A stretch of 64,000 bases of DNA from Chrysomallon squamiferum (taxonomy: Eukaryota; Animalia; Mollusca): contig CM022677.1 in assembly GCA_012295275.1 (NCBI GenBank), positions 8,370,001 through 8,434,000 of the forward strand, given 5' to 3'. Every line of letters starts with the position of its first letter. The stretch's first letter is position 1. Position numbers and translations under genes: made by a program. The notes under the pieces were generated by a model that made no database searches, had not been told where the DNA came from, and saw only the letters and a list, made by a program, of their open reading frames with translations. This document shows positions 51,870 to 64,000 of this stretch, one piece after another.

Positions 51870-52640
51870 TATACTCTGATAATAATATTGGGTGAGTGTG
51901 TGCTGTCTCTGTGCATGTTTGTGTGTGTGTGAGTGTAATAGTGATAATGTTAATCTGATAATAGTATGTGGGTGTATGTGTGAGTGTATCAGCAATAGTC
52001 ATAACTGCTACTCTGATAATAGTGTATCTGTGTGTGGGTGTGTCAGCAATAGTGATGACTGCTACCTCTGTGTCTGTGTTTGTATGAGCGTATCAGCAAT
52101 ACTGATAATTTCTTCTCTGATCATTGTATGTGTGTATGTGTATGTTATCAGCTATAGTGATATTTGCTACTCTAATAATAGTATGTATGTGTGTGTGTTT
52201 CAGCAATAGAGATAACCGCTATTCAAATAATAATGTGTGTGGCTCTGTACTCTCTGTGTGTGAGCAATAGTGATAATTGCTACTCTGAAAATAGTGTGTG
52301 TGTGTGTGTGTGTATCAGCAATAGTGATAATTACTACTCTGATAACAGAGTGTGTCTTTGTGTCAGTGAGTGTATGACTAATAGTGACAATTACTACTCT
52401 GATAATTGTGTGTGAGAGTATCAGCAATAGTGATAACAGGTATGTGTGTGGGAATCTGTCAGCAATAGTGATAACAGGTATGTGTGTGGGAATGTGTCAG
52501 CAATAGTGATAACAGGTATGTGTGTGGGAATCTGTCAGCAATAGTGATAACAGGTATGTGTGTGTGAGAGTATCAGCAATAGTGATAACAGGTATGTGTG
52601 TGGGAATCTGTCAGCAATAGTGATAATTGCTTCTCTCATA
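51870..52640. repeat. Degenerate TG-rich minisatellite ending in ~5.5 copies of a 38-bp unit
   Basis: TCAGCAATAGTGATAA anchor recurs throughout; TCAGCAATAGTGATAACAGGTATGTGTGTGGGAATCTG-type units at 52421, 52459, 52497 and 52535. Confidence 0.9.
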
Positions 52641-52895
52641 ATAGTGGTTAATGGGTTAATCCAATGCAGTAAATGTATTATTTGTTTTGTGTGATCTTTT
52701 GTTTCTTGAAAATTGGTTAATCCTCCTTTGTTTCACAAATTGTTTTGTTGAGCCTATTAATCCAATCTTCAGTCAACTTCTGACACTGCAGCCATGTTAA
52801 AAGGTCATGGTGAGTGATTGTATAGTATGTAGTAGTGCAGTAATAACCGTTCACAGCTATATCTCTATCTGTATGTGTTGTATTCTGTATATGAA

Positions 52896-52946
<51 letters not shown>

Positions 52947-53396
52947 CACATATATATATATATGTGCAATTTTTGGATAAACAGTTTTAAAATATTATTA
53001 AAACTACATTATTTTTATTAACTTTATTTTCTTTACAAATACATTCACTGATTTTAATATATCAAATACACACACATACTTACAAATGTATTTTGTTTGA
53101 ATACAGTCTATGTATTTGTTATTACAAATAAAAGAACAAGAAAATAGTTATTAATGTAGTGTGTGTGTGTGAGTGTGTGTGTGTGAGGGAGAGAAAGAGA
53201 GGAGCAAGAGAGCTTAATAAATATAAAATGATTAACATGAAATAACATTTCTCATTACTTAACTTTTGCACCCAGTTTTAATTTTTTACATTAATTTCTA
53301 AAACTTTCCTTTCTTTTTAATGTAAAGAACAATATATTTCTTCTCACATATAAACAGTTGTTAAAATCACACTTTCACTGCAGCTAGCTGATCACC

Positions 53397-53684
53397 ATGC
53401 AAGGGCTGTGTATACATTCAACCTGTCTGTCAATGCAAGGACTGTGTATACATTCAACCTGTCTGGCAATGCAAGGACTGTGTATGCATTCAACCTGTCT
53501 GGCAATGCAAGGGCTGTGTATGCATTCAACCTGTCTGGCAATGCAAGGACTGTGTATCCATTCAACCTGTCTGGCAATGCAAGGGCTGTGTATGCATTCA
53601 ACCTGTCTGGCAATGCAAGGACTGTGTATGCATTCAACCTGTCTGGCAATGCAAGGGCTGTGTATGCATTCAACCTGTCTGGCA
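53397..53684 (+). repeat. In-frame 36-bp coding minisatellite x8 (ARxVYxFNLSGN)
   Basis: ATGCAAGG(G/A)CTGTGTATGCATTCAACCTGTCTGGCA repeated 8 times inside an exon. Confidence 0.95.
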
Positions 53685-53989
53685 ATGGAAGTATTCAGAA
53701 ACCAGAACCTCTCTTTGACATGGAGGCAGACTGCACTGTAGAGGAAGTAGTTCTTATGAAGGTGAAGACACTTTGGTCTACATTTTTTTAATTAAATGTC
53801 TATCTTGATGAGGTTAATTCTATTGTTTGTTCTTGGTTGTTGTTTCTTTTATAATTCTTGATTGTTAATAAATTAAAGTGGCCAAAATATATTTTTATAT
53901 ATTCTTTTCTTCTTCTTTTTGAATTGTTAGTAATCTTATTTTGTATTATTATAATTCTGTACTTTTTTATTGTTAATATTATTTTAACA

Positions 53990-54020
<31 letters not shown>

Positions 54021-54420
54021 TTATATATTATTTTATTTGTCTATTACAATTACTATTAATATTACTATTACTGTTAATATTATCATTATTAATCTTATTG
54101 TAATGTATTACTGTTATTATTACTACTACTACTACAACTACTACTGTTGTTTCTACTGCTCCTCCTCCTCTCCTACTACTATTACTGCTATTACTACTGC
54201 AACTACTATCACTACTACTACTGCTTGAATTTTCCTGAATCCTGTTACTCATTCAAACACTGGAATAACATGGATACTGTTGTCTGATTGTGTATCTGTA
54301 GACAAGGCTATAGATTGCTACAACAGAGTAGAGGTATTCCATTTAAATCATCAGTGTTTGATTAATTATACATAAATGTCATTTGGTTTACCTACTACTC
54401 CCAATCTGTCAGTCACTCGA

Positions 54421-54466
<46 letters not shown>

Positions 54467-55793
54467 TGTGTGTGGGTGTTATTGTTACATCTGCCTAGTC
54501 TATATATCTATTTACCAGTTATGTCTACAATAACCTGTCTGTCTGTCTGTCTGTTGGTCTACATCATCAACATACCTATTTACCCAATATCTGCCAGTCT
54601 CTAAATAAACTTACTTTCTGAATAAATATATCTATGTACCTCTGTATTCTTTTGTTTTATATTTGTCTGTCTTTCTAACATGCTGTCTGTCTTTAAGCTG
54701 TGACTTTATGTAATTTTGCTTGTTTATCTATATATCTACGTATGTCTATCTAAGTCTATGTATGTCTAAACATAGAATCTGTAAATATCTATCTGTTTTG
54801 ACAATTGTTTCTGTAAATTTTTCTCACAACTGTAACATTGTTGTTTAACACTAACAATGATTATTATGAATAATTAAAAAAAAAAGTGTTTATTGTTATC
54901 TAGGCTGATATATTTGGACAACCAGTGATAGTGTCAAGAATTAACAGAAAAGTTGATGATGTTAAAAGTACAGAACTGGACGCAAAAGTCAGGTATAGTC
55001 TGCCTCACTATCTCTAATTTTCTCCTAGCCTCTCTGATTCTCTCTTTCACTTTCTTTCTTCCTTTCACTGTCTTTCCCTGTTCATAAAGTGTATTTGCAT
55101 AACTAGGTTTAAACAAAGTAGTTTGTTTTTGCCTCAATGCACATTGAAAGGCTCACAAAAAAAAAAAAATGAAAAAAAAAAAAAAAATAATAATAATGGT
55201 AACAGATTAAAATTAAAAAATGTATTTTTTCGTTTGTAATTATGTGTATTGGTATCATGTGCTCATAAAATGATGTCAGTTCTTTTTGTGAAAATTTTGA
55301 TAACCATTGTTTTTGCAAACTATATGAATGAATGAATGAATGAATGAATGTTAGAATGAATGAATGAATGTCAATTCTACTTCATAGAAAATTATTTTGA
55401 AAATGCTCTAAAGAAAATGTTCTACCATCCTGTTTGTATGATTTTTTAATGCTCTATTCAACATTTTCTGATAGAGAATAACATGATAAAATATTCTGTT
55501 AATTCACACAAACTGATACTAATATTTATGTGCTGATAAAATACATATAAAGGAAATCATATTTTTATCAGATTTTTGTTTTCATTGGAGTGTTTTAATA
55601 AGAAGTGTTTTTGGTAATGTCAGTTATTATGTATTTAAGGCCAGTGATCTCTTAGCCTGTTAGTTTAAAGATTAACCATAAGAGCACTGGTATATATATA
55701 ATTGTGAGAAAAAAAAAATTGTATTTTCTCTTCTTGTTCTTCATCTTCTTCTTTGCCATCTTCTTCTTCTTCCTCTTTTTCTTCTTCTTCTTA

Positions 55794-55832
<39 letters not shown>

Positions 55833-55899
55833 GTCATTATTAGTGTTCTTGTTATTAGTAATTAGTATATGTAATTGTCCAGTATTATCAGTTAGCTAC

Positions 55900-56695
55900 T
55901 AATATTGCTACTTTTGCTACTACCACTGTTATACTATTATTCTACTACTGAAAAAAATAGTGACTTTCAACACACTAAATCAATTACCAGTAATTATTAT
56001 ATATCTACATACCTCTATGTTTGTTACTGCTATTTCTACTGTTGCTACTTATACTACAAATGATAATTATATTATTTTTACTTCTATTGTTACATCTGCT
56101 ACATCTACTACTACTACTACTACTATGCAGTTATTTAATACCTCAACTTACTGTGTCTAATTCTACCTCAGTTATCATATCATTGTTACTGCGGTGATTA
56201 CCACTATTACTACTACTAGTACTGTTATTACTATTACCATTATTACTACAACTAGTACTGTTATTACTAATATTACTACAACTAGTAGTTACTAATACTA
56301 CAACTATTACCACTATTACTAGCACTTGTACTGTTACTACTAATACTACAACTATTACCACTATTACTACTACTAGTAGTTACTACTAACACATCAATTA
56401 TTACACTATTACAGCTACTAGTATTATTACTACTAAAACTACAACTATTCCACTATTACTAATATTATTATTATTAATACAACTATTACTACTCCTGATA
56501 CTATTACCACAAATACTACAACTAGGAAGTCTGCTGCTGCTGCTGTTACTACTACTACTACTACTACTACTACTACAACTGCTGCAGATGGTACTGCTGC
56601 TGCTGGTACTGCTGCTGATAATAAAACTACCAACACTACCACTGTTACTACTAGTTCTACTGCTGTTATTACTACAACTACTACCACTACTGTTT
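55900..56695. repeat. Degenerate (CTA/TTA/CTG)n trinucleotide tract
   Basis: Long imperfect ACTACT/ATTACT/GCTGCT runs, intronic to the LRR relic. Confidence 0.9.
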
Positions 56696-57047
56696 AAACA
56701 TCTACTAATTACATTTTATTAATAACAAATAAATAAGTGTAAACAATTTGTGTTAATAGTTTTACTACTAATATACACAACTTGGGTGTTTTGTTTCTAG
56801 GACTCTATAGGCAAAATGTTGTTGATAAACAGGAATATTTGGATGTGTTGAGTAATTCTGTAGGAAATGATTATTTCTCTCACTGTGTCAGTCCAGCTCT
56901 TAAAGAAAACAAAACACTGAAAACCCTCAGTTTTCTTCTTATTCTTCTTTTTTTTTGTCATGTTTTATTTATTGTCTTTTCCTGCCACTATTTCAATGTT
57001 CATTCTCTTTCTGTTTCTATCACTCAGTCACATACTTCTATTACTAT

Positions 57048-57094
<47 letters not shown>

Positions 57095-57300
57095 ACTGAG
57101 ACTCTTTCTCTTTCTTGCTCTCTCTTTCTTACTGTCTTTCTCTTTCTCTCTCTCTAAGAAACATTAGCACATACTGAAGAACCTAAATTTTTCATTATGT
57201 TTTTTTTAAAATTTATTAACATTCTTATTTATTTATTTATTTTCAGAGCTAATGTGTAGGCTCCATTGACATGAAACTTTTATCACCGACTCTAGTAGAG

Positions 57301-57618
57301 AACACTGTTCTCACAGAACTAGTTCTGTCTAGTAATGGATTATCTGATAAAACTGCTCTCACTAAACACTGGACTCACAGAACTAGATCTGTCTAGTAAT
57401 GGATTATCTAATAAAACTGCTCTCACTAAACACTGGACTCACAGAACTAGATCTGTCTAGTAATGGATTATCTGAAAAAACTGCTCTCACTAAACACTGG
57501 ACTCACAGAACTAGATCTGTCTAGTAATGGATTATTTGATAAAACTGCTCTCACTAAACACTGGACTCACAGAACTAGATCTGTCTAGTAATGGATTATC
57601 TGATAAAACTGCTCTCAC
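57301..57618 (+). repeat. 64-bp frameshifting tandem repeat x5 within an LRR exon
   Basis: AACACTG(TT/GA)CTCACAGAACTAG(T/A)TCTGTCTAGTAATGGATTATCTGATAAAACTGCTCTCACTA at 57301, 57365, 57429, 57493 and 57557. Confidence 0.95.
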
Positions 57619-57828
57619 CAAAGGACTGGCTGCTGCTTTAAGGGTGAGAGGAAGTTTCACAACTCAAACAGTTTGCTGTGTTCACATGAAAAGTGCAATA
57701 GCAAATAATGGTGAAAGTGGTAGTATAGTAGTAGTAGTTGATGATAAACAATTACATTAGTTGTTATAACAACAACATCAACAGTATCTGCATTAACAGA
57801 ATCCATCTATCTCTCTGTATGTGTATGC

Positions 57829-57862
<34 letters not shown>

Positions 57863-58835
57863 ATGTATATGTGAAATTGTGTGTTGTGCAGATGTGTGTG
57901 TATATAACATTTTAATATTAGTTTAATTTCATTAATATTATTTATTTTTGTTAACAGAAGCCAAGGTGTGTGTTATTGTCTGTATGTGACAGTCAGTGTA
58001 ATATAGATTTGTGTACTGCACTCAGGTGGGTGTGTCAGTAATTAGTCAATCAAATTTAGCCTGATTAACCAATCACACTACAGATAGAGATTAAAAAATG
58101 AAACCATAGAATGATTAAGCAACCAATCTTCAGAGACAGATCAGCCAGTCAGAATTAATTAGCTCAATATTATTTTTGTACACACTATGCTTAATTTAAT
58201 CACTGACATTAAATTAGTTTCTGCTAACGTGGATTCTACATATTGTGAATTACTATTATTATTATTATTATTTATTTTTTATTATTATTTTTTTTTTTTA
58301 AACTTTGTTGTCTTTCTCTATTAAACACAAAAATAATTAGATTTGCTTTAGACAGTGTTCTGAAGACTGAAAACAAAAAGTAAAAAGGTAAGAGAAACTA
58401 ATGTGTTGTTTCTCTGAAGAAAATTAGCCATCTTGGACAAAATGGTCCAGAGATGAAGTGAATGCTTCTGTATTCAGATACATTTGTAGTCCTGCTACTA
58501 ACATAATGTCAAGTAACTCATAAACAATAAAACGACGACAACAACAACAATAATATAAATAATAATAATAATAATATATATATATAAATAAAAATCACAA
58601 AGCTTAGGACTCACATTGTAGTAAGTTGTTTATTATGTCTAAGAATTCACCAATTATTATAGCCCTGAAAAAAAAAAAAAAAAATGTGCAACGATGACAA
58701 CTCAGAGAGATTGGAAATAAATAATAATTTTCCTGTGTATAGTGTGGGTAAGATATCATAGATGAAAGCTGTGTATGAATTAATACAACAAATAATCCTA
58801 TCAAACAGTTCATAATGGCACAACATTTAATACAA

Positions 58836-58874
<39 letters not shown>

Positions 58875-61800
58875 TGTGTGCCGTGCATTGGCATACAATC
58901 AGTGTTTGAACCTGTTCTATCAGATCTATTATCAATAACAAAGTAGAAGCTAATCGAATGAAGGGTGTATTCACCTTTTCAGGTGTCTTTTCCTGTGTGC
59001 TGAAATGTTAAATAAAAATATATAAGTAAATATGTTTTAATATTTGTGAAATTTCACTTGTACGTTGTAAATTTCTTTTGATTATTAATATTCGTATGGT
59101 CTGTGTGTGTGTGTGTGTGTGTGGGGTGTGCTTGAAACTATTAGAGAGTTTTAAATATTATTTTCTTTTTGGTTTGATTTATGTCAATGAAGTGAAAAGT
59201 GAGTCAATGTAATGAAATAATTGGTCAAGACAAATATATTTATGTTCTAAGGATCTGAAATGTCTATATTAATAATGATAAAATATTTTATTGCAGCCTA
59301 TGTCTATTGTGTTAACGTCTGTAAAGATAAAAACGTCTAAAGAAGGGTAAAGGAGGTGGATTATGAAATGTTTCTCAAAACACAAACAAGAACAAGAAGA
59401 AAGAGAAATGACTACACTTAGAAGACCAGTATGTCATTAACATAAATTTTAAGTTAAATATTTTCAGATTTATGATATAAAATCTGCAGTACTGATCAAC
59501 TAATCTGACAGCTGTTGCATCGTAAAGAGAAAAGAACATATTAAAAGTTTTGAAGTATAGTAACACTGGGTAGAAAGGTTAAACATAAACAAATCAATAA
59601 ATAAATAAATAAAACCTTATTAATTCATAACCAGTGGATGTAGATGAAAATAATATGTGTTTGTAGACAAGACTGAATATCTAATTACATTCAAATTTTT
59701 TGTAATGTAAATATTGTTCCAGTGTTTAAATCGAATTCACTTTATTATATATATACAACTTAAATATTTACTATCATTTACTATTACTTTCTTTCACAAC
59801 AAAATTTAAAACATATTTCTGAATTGTTATTTTTAAAGGTAAAATTTAAAAGATTATTTTAACGTCGTTTTTAATTTACCTTTCGTTTTCGTTTCCTGCG
59901 ACGAATTCATTCTGAAAGACAAATGTGAACTAATAAGACAGAAGTATCTAAGATACTCTGATGAAAACTCACTAACGTATTTTTAAAAGCAAACGTCAAA
60001 CACTGACAGTTCACACCTATACAAACATCTCTTAAATAATTTTATCATAACACAAATTGTTTGGTGGCATCCTGGGCATGAGCCATACATTATATATGTC
60101 ACTATTCTGATTTATATTTGTTTATTTTTCCATTTTTACCAAACATTGAAAGCATTTAAAAAATTGAGACCATTTCAAATGAAATAAAATTGAAATAAAA
60201 AATAAAAAATGATATTTTTCTCATCTTTATCAGTATGTGGATCTAACAGTTTTTCTGTTGTGATTTTAATTCGGTAGCTTTAAATTAAATTAAAATAAAT
60301 AAATAAATAATACTAACAACAATAATAAAATAACAACAACGACATACGCATCGTAACGAGAGTTTGTAGGAATTAATCTCAACAATTTTCAACTAAAGAT
60401 TTCCAGTGACGTAGAAAGATCGGTGGGAAATATAGATATGTCAGCTAGACATATCTCTATCTTGAGAAAAGATCAAATCCAACGTTAGCCCTATAATTCC
60501 GATAAATATTTCTAAATACCGTCAATGTTTAGAACGCACACGCACATGCATACTCATACACAGAGTCGGCTTTAAGCCAAAACATGCTGCTCCAACTTGT
60601 ACAAGTTAACATTCCAGACATTCAACAGAGTCAAATCATATAAACAATAAGACGCTTTGTCTTCTCTAAAACCAGACGTTGGCTGTTAACCTGGAGCTTC
60701 TAAACACTCCCACTCAAAAAATACCCCCCAAAACACACAAACTGATTTAAGCAATATTTATTTTCTTTAATTAGAACTGAGGTTGCTTTAAATGCAATGA
60801 TATTGGGATTCATTAGCTATTAACCTAATGATAATATTTCTATTGTGTCTGTTACGAGATCAACGCAAATTTTTAACATCTATTTATGTATATACATCAT
60901 AATATCTGTGTTAAATCAGTTTAATGTGAAAACGTAGTACAATAATTCTTCTAGTACTTCAAATAGTATATTATCTGTTTTAAGACAAAATTGTTATTTA
61001 AGAAGCTTTCCAACACATTTTAGAAATTTAATAAATCTATAATTATCTGCATTATTTTTAATCAACCTTAGAAAAAGAATGGGAAATAATGAATGCAAAA
61101 CGGGCTCTAGACATAGATATTTCAGCAGTTGTTATCTACACCAAAACACACACACACACATTGGCTGGACCTGCTACACCGTTTCTATTACCAGGTTTTA
61201 TTTATTTATATATTTACTGCTTTCATTGACAATTTCTCCAAAACAATTAGTTTGTTTAGTTGTGTTCTGTAATATTATTAAAACAGATTATAATAACAAT
61301 GCTATTGTCACAGATAGCGAGCTTGTTGTATTATTATTGCTATTATTTAAAATTGTCACTTACCTTTTTCTTTTAACCGTATTTTGTTTTGCTGCGAAGT
61401 CGATTCCTTCTGCTGTAGCAACAGATACCATTTCGTTAAATCTAACTCTTTTTTTCTATTTTCCATTATATTTTGAATAAAAAGAATGTATACCGCCAAA
61501 TATAACAATATCTTTATTAAATCTGCTTTTTTTTCTATAAATGACGTTGTATGGAATGTTCTGTTATAGTTGTCTCCCTTCGCAAAAGTTAAAATTGTCG
61601 CTGAATAGGAAATTATATTCACCTTAATAAAATATAACTTAATTACAAATGGACAGATGCAGAGATAGATGCATACATCATCGATATATATATATATAAA
61701 GATATAGATATAGATATATATATAGACCGATATATATTTTGTCTATCTAGCTACAACCCATGCACCCATCGGTTATTTATATGTGTATTTTATGCATGAA

Positions 61801-62186
61801 TATTGAACGGGATAGTTGGAAGTGTTGATATAGTTCTGGAATGAATGGCTTGATAAATTGATTGAAGAAGGGATAGAAGTCTGTATGACCTTATGGGTGG
61901 ATGGAAGGATCTGTAGTTTGAGTATTTATTGGCAGTTGACTGGGTCGATGGGGAAACGGATCATTGAAAAGAAGTTGCTAAAAGGTAAGATTAATGTTCA
62001 TCAGACATAAAGACACACACAGAAACAGAGACCAGGATGAATTACATTTAGCTGTAAACTGACGGACATGTTGAATGCAGGGAAAGGAATCAGAGATGAT
62101 TTGATGCATTTTTGTTCGACGGATAGATATACCAAACAAGAGACCTTCATATGGATTAATAAGAAAATAGATATGTATATGGACAC

Positions 62187-62235
<49 letters not shown>

Positions 62236-62899
62236 TAGATAGATAGTTTGTATTCAGTTGATAAAAAAAATAAAAAATAAATCAGTCCATTCTCGCACCC
62301 ACTCAACTTTTCATTTATAATATCTTATATCTCATACAGTTTTAGAAAAGATTATTAATCTGTACGTTTCTCTATATACTTACCATCTGCTAAAAGCCGA
62401 AAATGGGAGAAGGCGCGAGATTAACGTCATAAATTATATTACACTATAGATTAAAATGATAATTTCAAGTAAGAACATAGATTATAGAGAATACCTGTAT
62501 TTTGGGAAATATAGAGCGAACTTTCAGGTTGTTTTAATTTTTTTAATTTTTACTATTATTATTTACTTTTTGTAGAAGAAAACTTAAATGATATTCCATT
62601 ATGTATACAAGCCTATCACGTTTATTTTGTAAAACAAGCGCAGTTTACACTATAAATCATATAATAATTATAAACAAGCAAAAATAAGGCGATAGTTTTA
62701 CTTAAGGGTACCGCTATTTACACTGTAAATCCTATTGATATGACTAATTTTCGGAATATAAGTTTGATAACTTTAAACATTACTATCTACATCATTTCTT
62801 GATTTTATCATAGTGGGGTAAAACGCCTCGCTTGGACATGCCATAAGCAGATTAAAATAAAATATATTTAACTATAGCAACCAAAGTTATAAAGCCAAA

Positions 62900-64000
62900 G
62901 TCGTCAAGTTAAAAATCAATCCAGAATATAATTAATTAAAACACCTAAATACATTAATACATAATGATATGAACCAGCTCCATTAATGGGTATGCGCCGA
63001 TTAAGAACTGCTGTAGACAAAAGATGTCTTATCCCGAGCAAATTGATTACGGCAATAATCTTGACAACAATTAAAATACCTAAATACATTAATACGTAAC
63101 AATATGAGCCGAGTGCTATAAAATAACGCACAGACCAGTGTCCAATGCGACACACACCGGCTGACCTGTCAGAAAGCGTGCCCGTCGTAGACGTTCTTTA
63201 CAACAGCTTGCTCTGATTAGCACGTTAATTTTTTTCATTCATTCATTCAGTGTCCAGTTACAACGCATTTGGCTGTCCAGCAATAAACACTTCGGAAATC
63301 AGCTCATTTCTCTTTCATTTTTATATTTAGACTCACAGACTGCATTCCCCAAAGCAGTTACACAGAAAAATAATCACGGTTAAAATAACCAAAAGACAAA
63401 AAATAATCACGGTTATAAGTGGTGGAGATCAAACGATCCCTGTCAATGAACGGGGCCAGTCCAATAAACTACAGAGAGAGGCTTCGAGGTTTCCAAATAG
63501 ACGCACCGATAAACCAACGCCAACACCAGCATTATATCCAACAATAGCCATCATCAACAACAGCTACAACTACTATTCAGATCATGCCATCTTCTTCTAT
63601 GTCAACAACTAGTGATTCAGCCATCAATTCCCTACTAGTACCAACAGCACAAACGGTTACTCCCATCATGGCCCATGTAACACTGAACAAATTTTGTGGC
63701 AATCAGAATATTCACAGGACTAATTGCCTTAAACGGTTACTCAAGCGAACCAGCGTGTCTGTTGCTGCCATTCTATTTAGAAGGAACAGCTAAGATGTGG
63801 CATCAGGACTTAACCGAAGAAAAAAAGAAAAGCCTGCCACTCCTGAAACAAGCCTTTCAGAACAGGTTCAATCAAAGTTCGGCTTTCCATTTTGACTTTT
63901 TTCCATGTCACAGAAAACAACTGAGGCCGTGGAGGACTGCATAACACGAGTCCAAACAGCTACACAACATGAGTCCAAAAAGCTACACAACATGAGTCCA
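62900..64000 (+). mobile_element. 5' part of a second, decayed Ty3/gypsy element (LTR-like region, PBS, frameshifted gag); left boundary uncertain
   Basis: AATAAA at ~63282, a GGTTATA end, then TGGTGGAGAT (63420-29), complementary to the 3' end of eukaryotic tRNA-Ala. Gag-like fragments LNKFCG, LLPFYLEGTAKMWHQDL...LKQAFQNRF and SQKTTEAVEDCITRVQ lie in shifting frames. Confidence 0.72.

Larger units (their letters stand above)
52773..57643 (+). pseudogene. Multi-exon leucine-rich-repeat (RI-like/NLR-type LRR) gene relic; exons ~52773-52809, 53388-53761, ~54230-54333, 54904-54992, 56801-56930, 57247-57643
   Basis: Most exons are bounded by canonical splice sites. Translations include AVYAFNLSGN, SNTGITWILLSDC, YLDVLSNSVGNDYFSHCVSPALKENKTLKTL and LVENTVLTELVLSSNGLSDKTALTKGLAAALR (LxxNxxLxxLxLxxN motif). 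Exon 1-2 phase is consistent. A phase clash, a weak or lost donor, an in-frame TAA and a frameshifting repeat indicate decay. Confidence 0.72.

Overview
Eukaryotic, AT-rich, microsatellite-laden animal DNA. It looks invertebrate and is compatible with a mollusc, but the taxon cannot be shown from the sequence alone. I see no prokaryotic operons, CRISPR arrays, rRNA or intact tRNA. Layout: (1) 1-7216 is the end of a very homogeneous, CpG-rich ~549-bp tandem satellite (13 full copies plus a degenerate terminal copy), followed by a C/A-rich minisatellite zone. (2) 8.7-35 kb is AT-rich DNA with DNA-transposon relics (a Tc2/pogo-type MITE and a truncated second copy, a mariner-type 3' end), several minisatellites and decayed exon clusters. 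(3) A Sushi/CCP exon is followed by a 16-kb block built on a 30-bp minisatellite. A young, full-length but frameshifted Ty3/gypsy element (35580-44681, minus strand, ~1.27-kb LTRs, TAAA TSD, PBS, PPT, -1 slippery site) and two complementary-deleted MULE elements have inserted into it. (4) A decayed multi-exon LRR gene has two LRR exons independently expanded by tandem repeats. (5) The start of a second, decayed gypsy element lies at the right edge. Most ORFs in the supplied track are repeat artefacts. I found no clearly demonstrable novel system. The best leads are the satellite unit with Pol III/tRNA-like motifs, the TE-colonised forkhead-motif minisatellite bounded by a 7-bp direct repeat, and the repeat-expanded LRR exons. 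All alignments and counts were done by eye.
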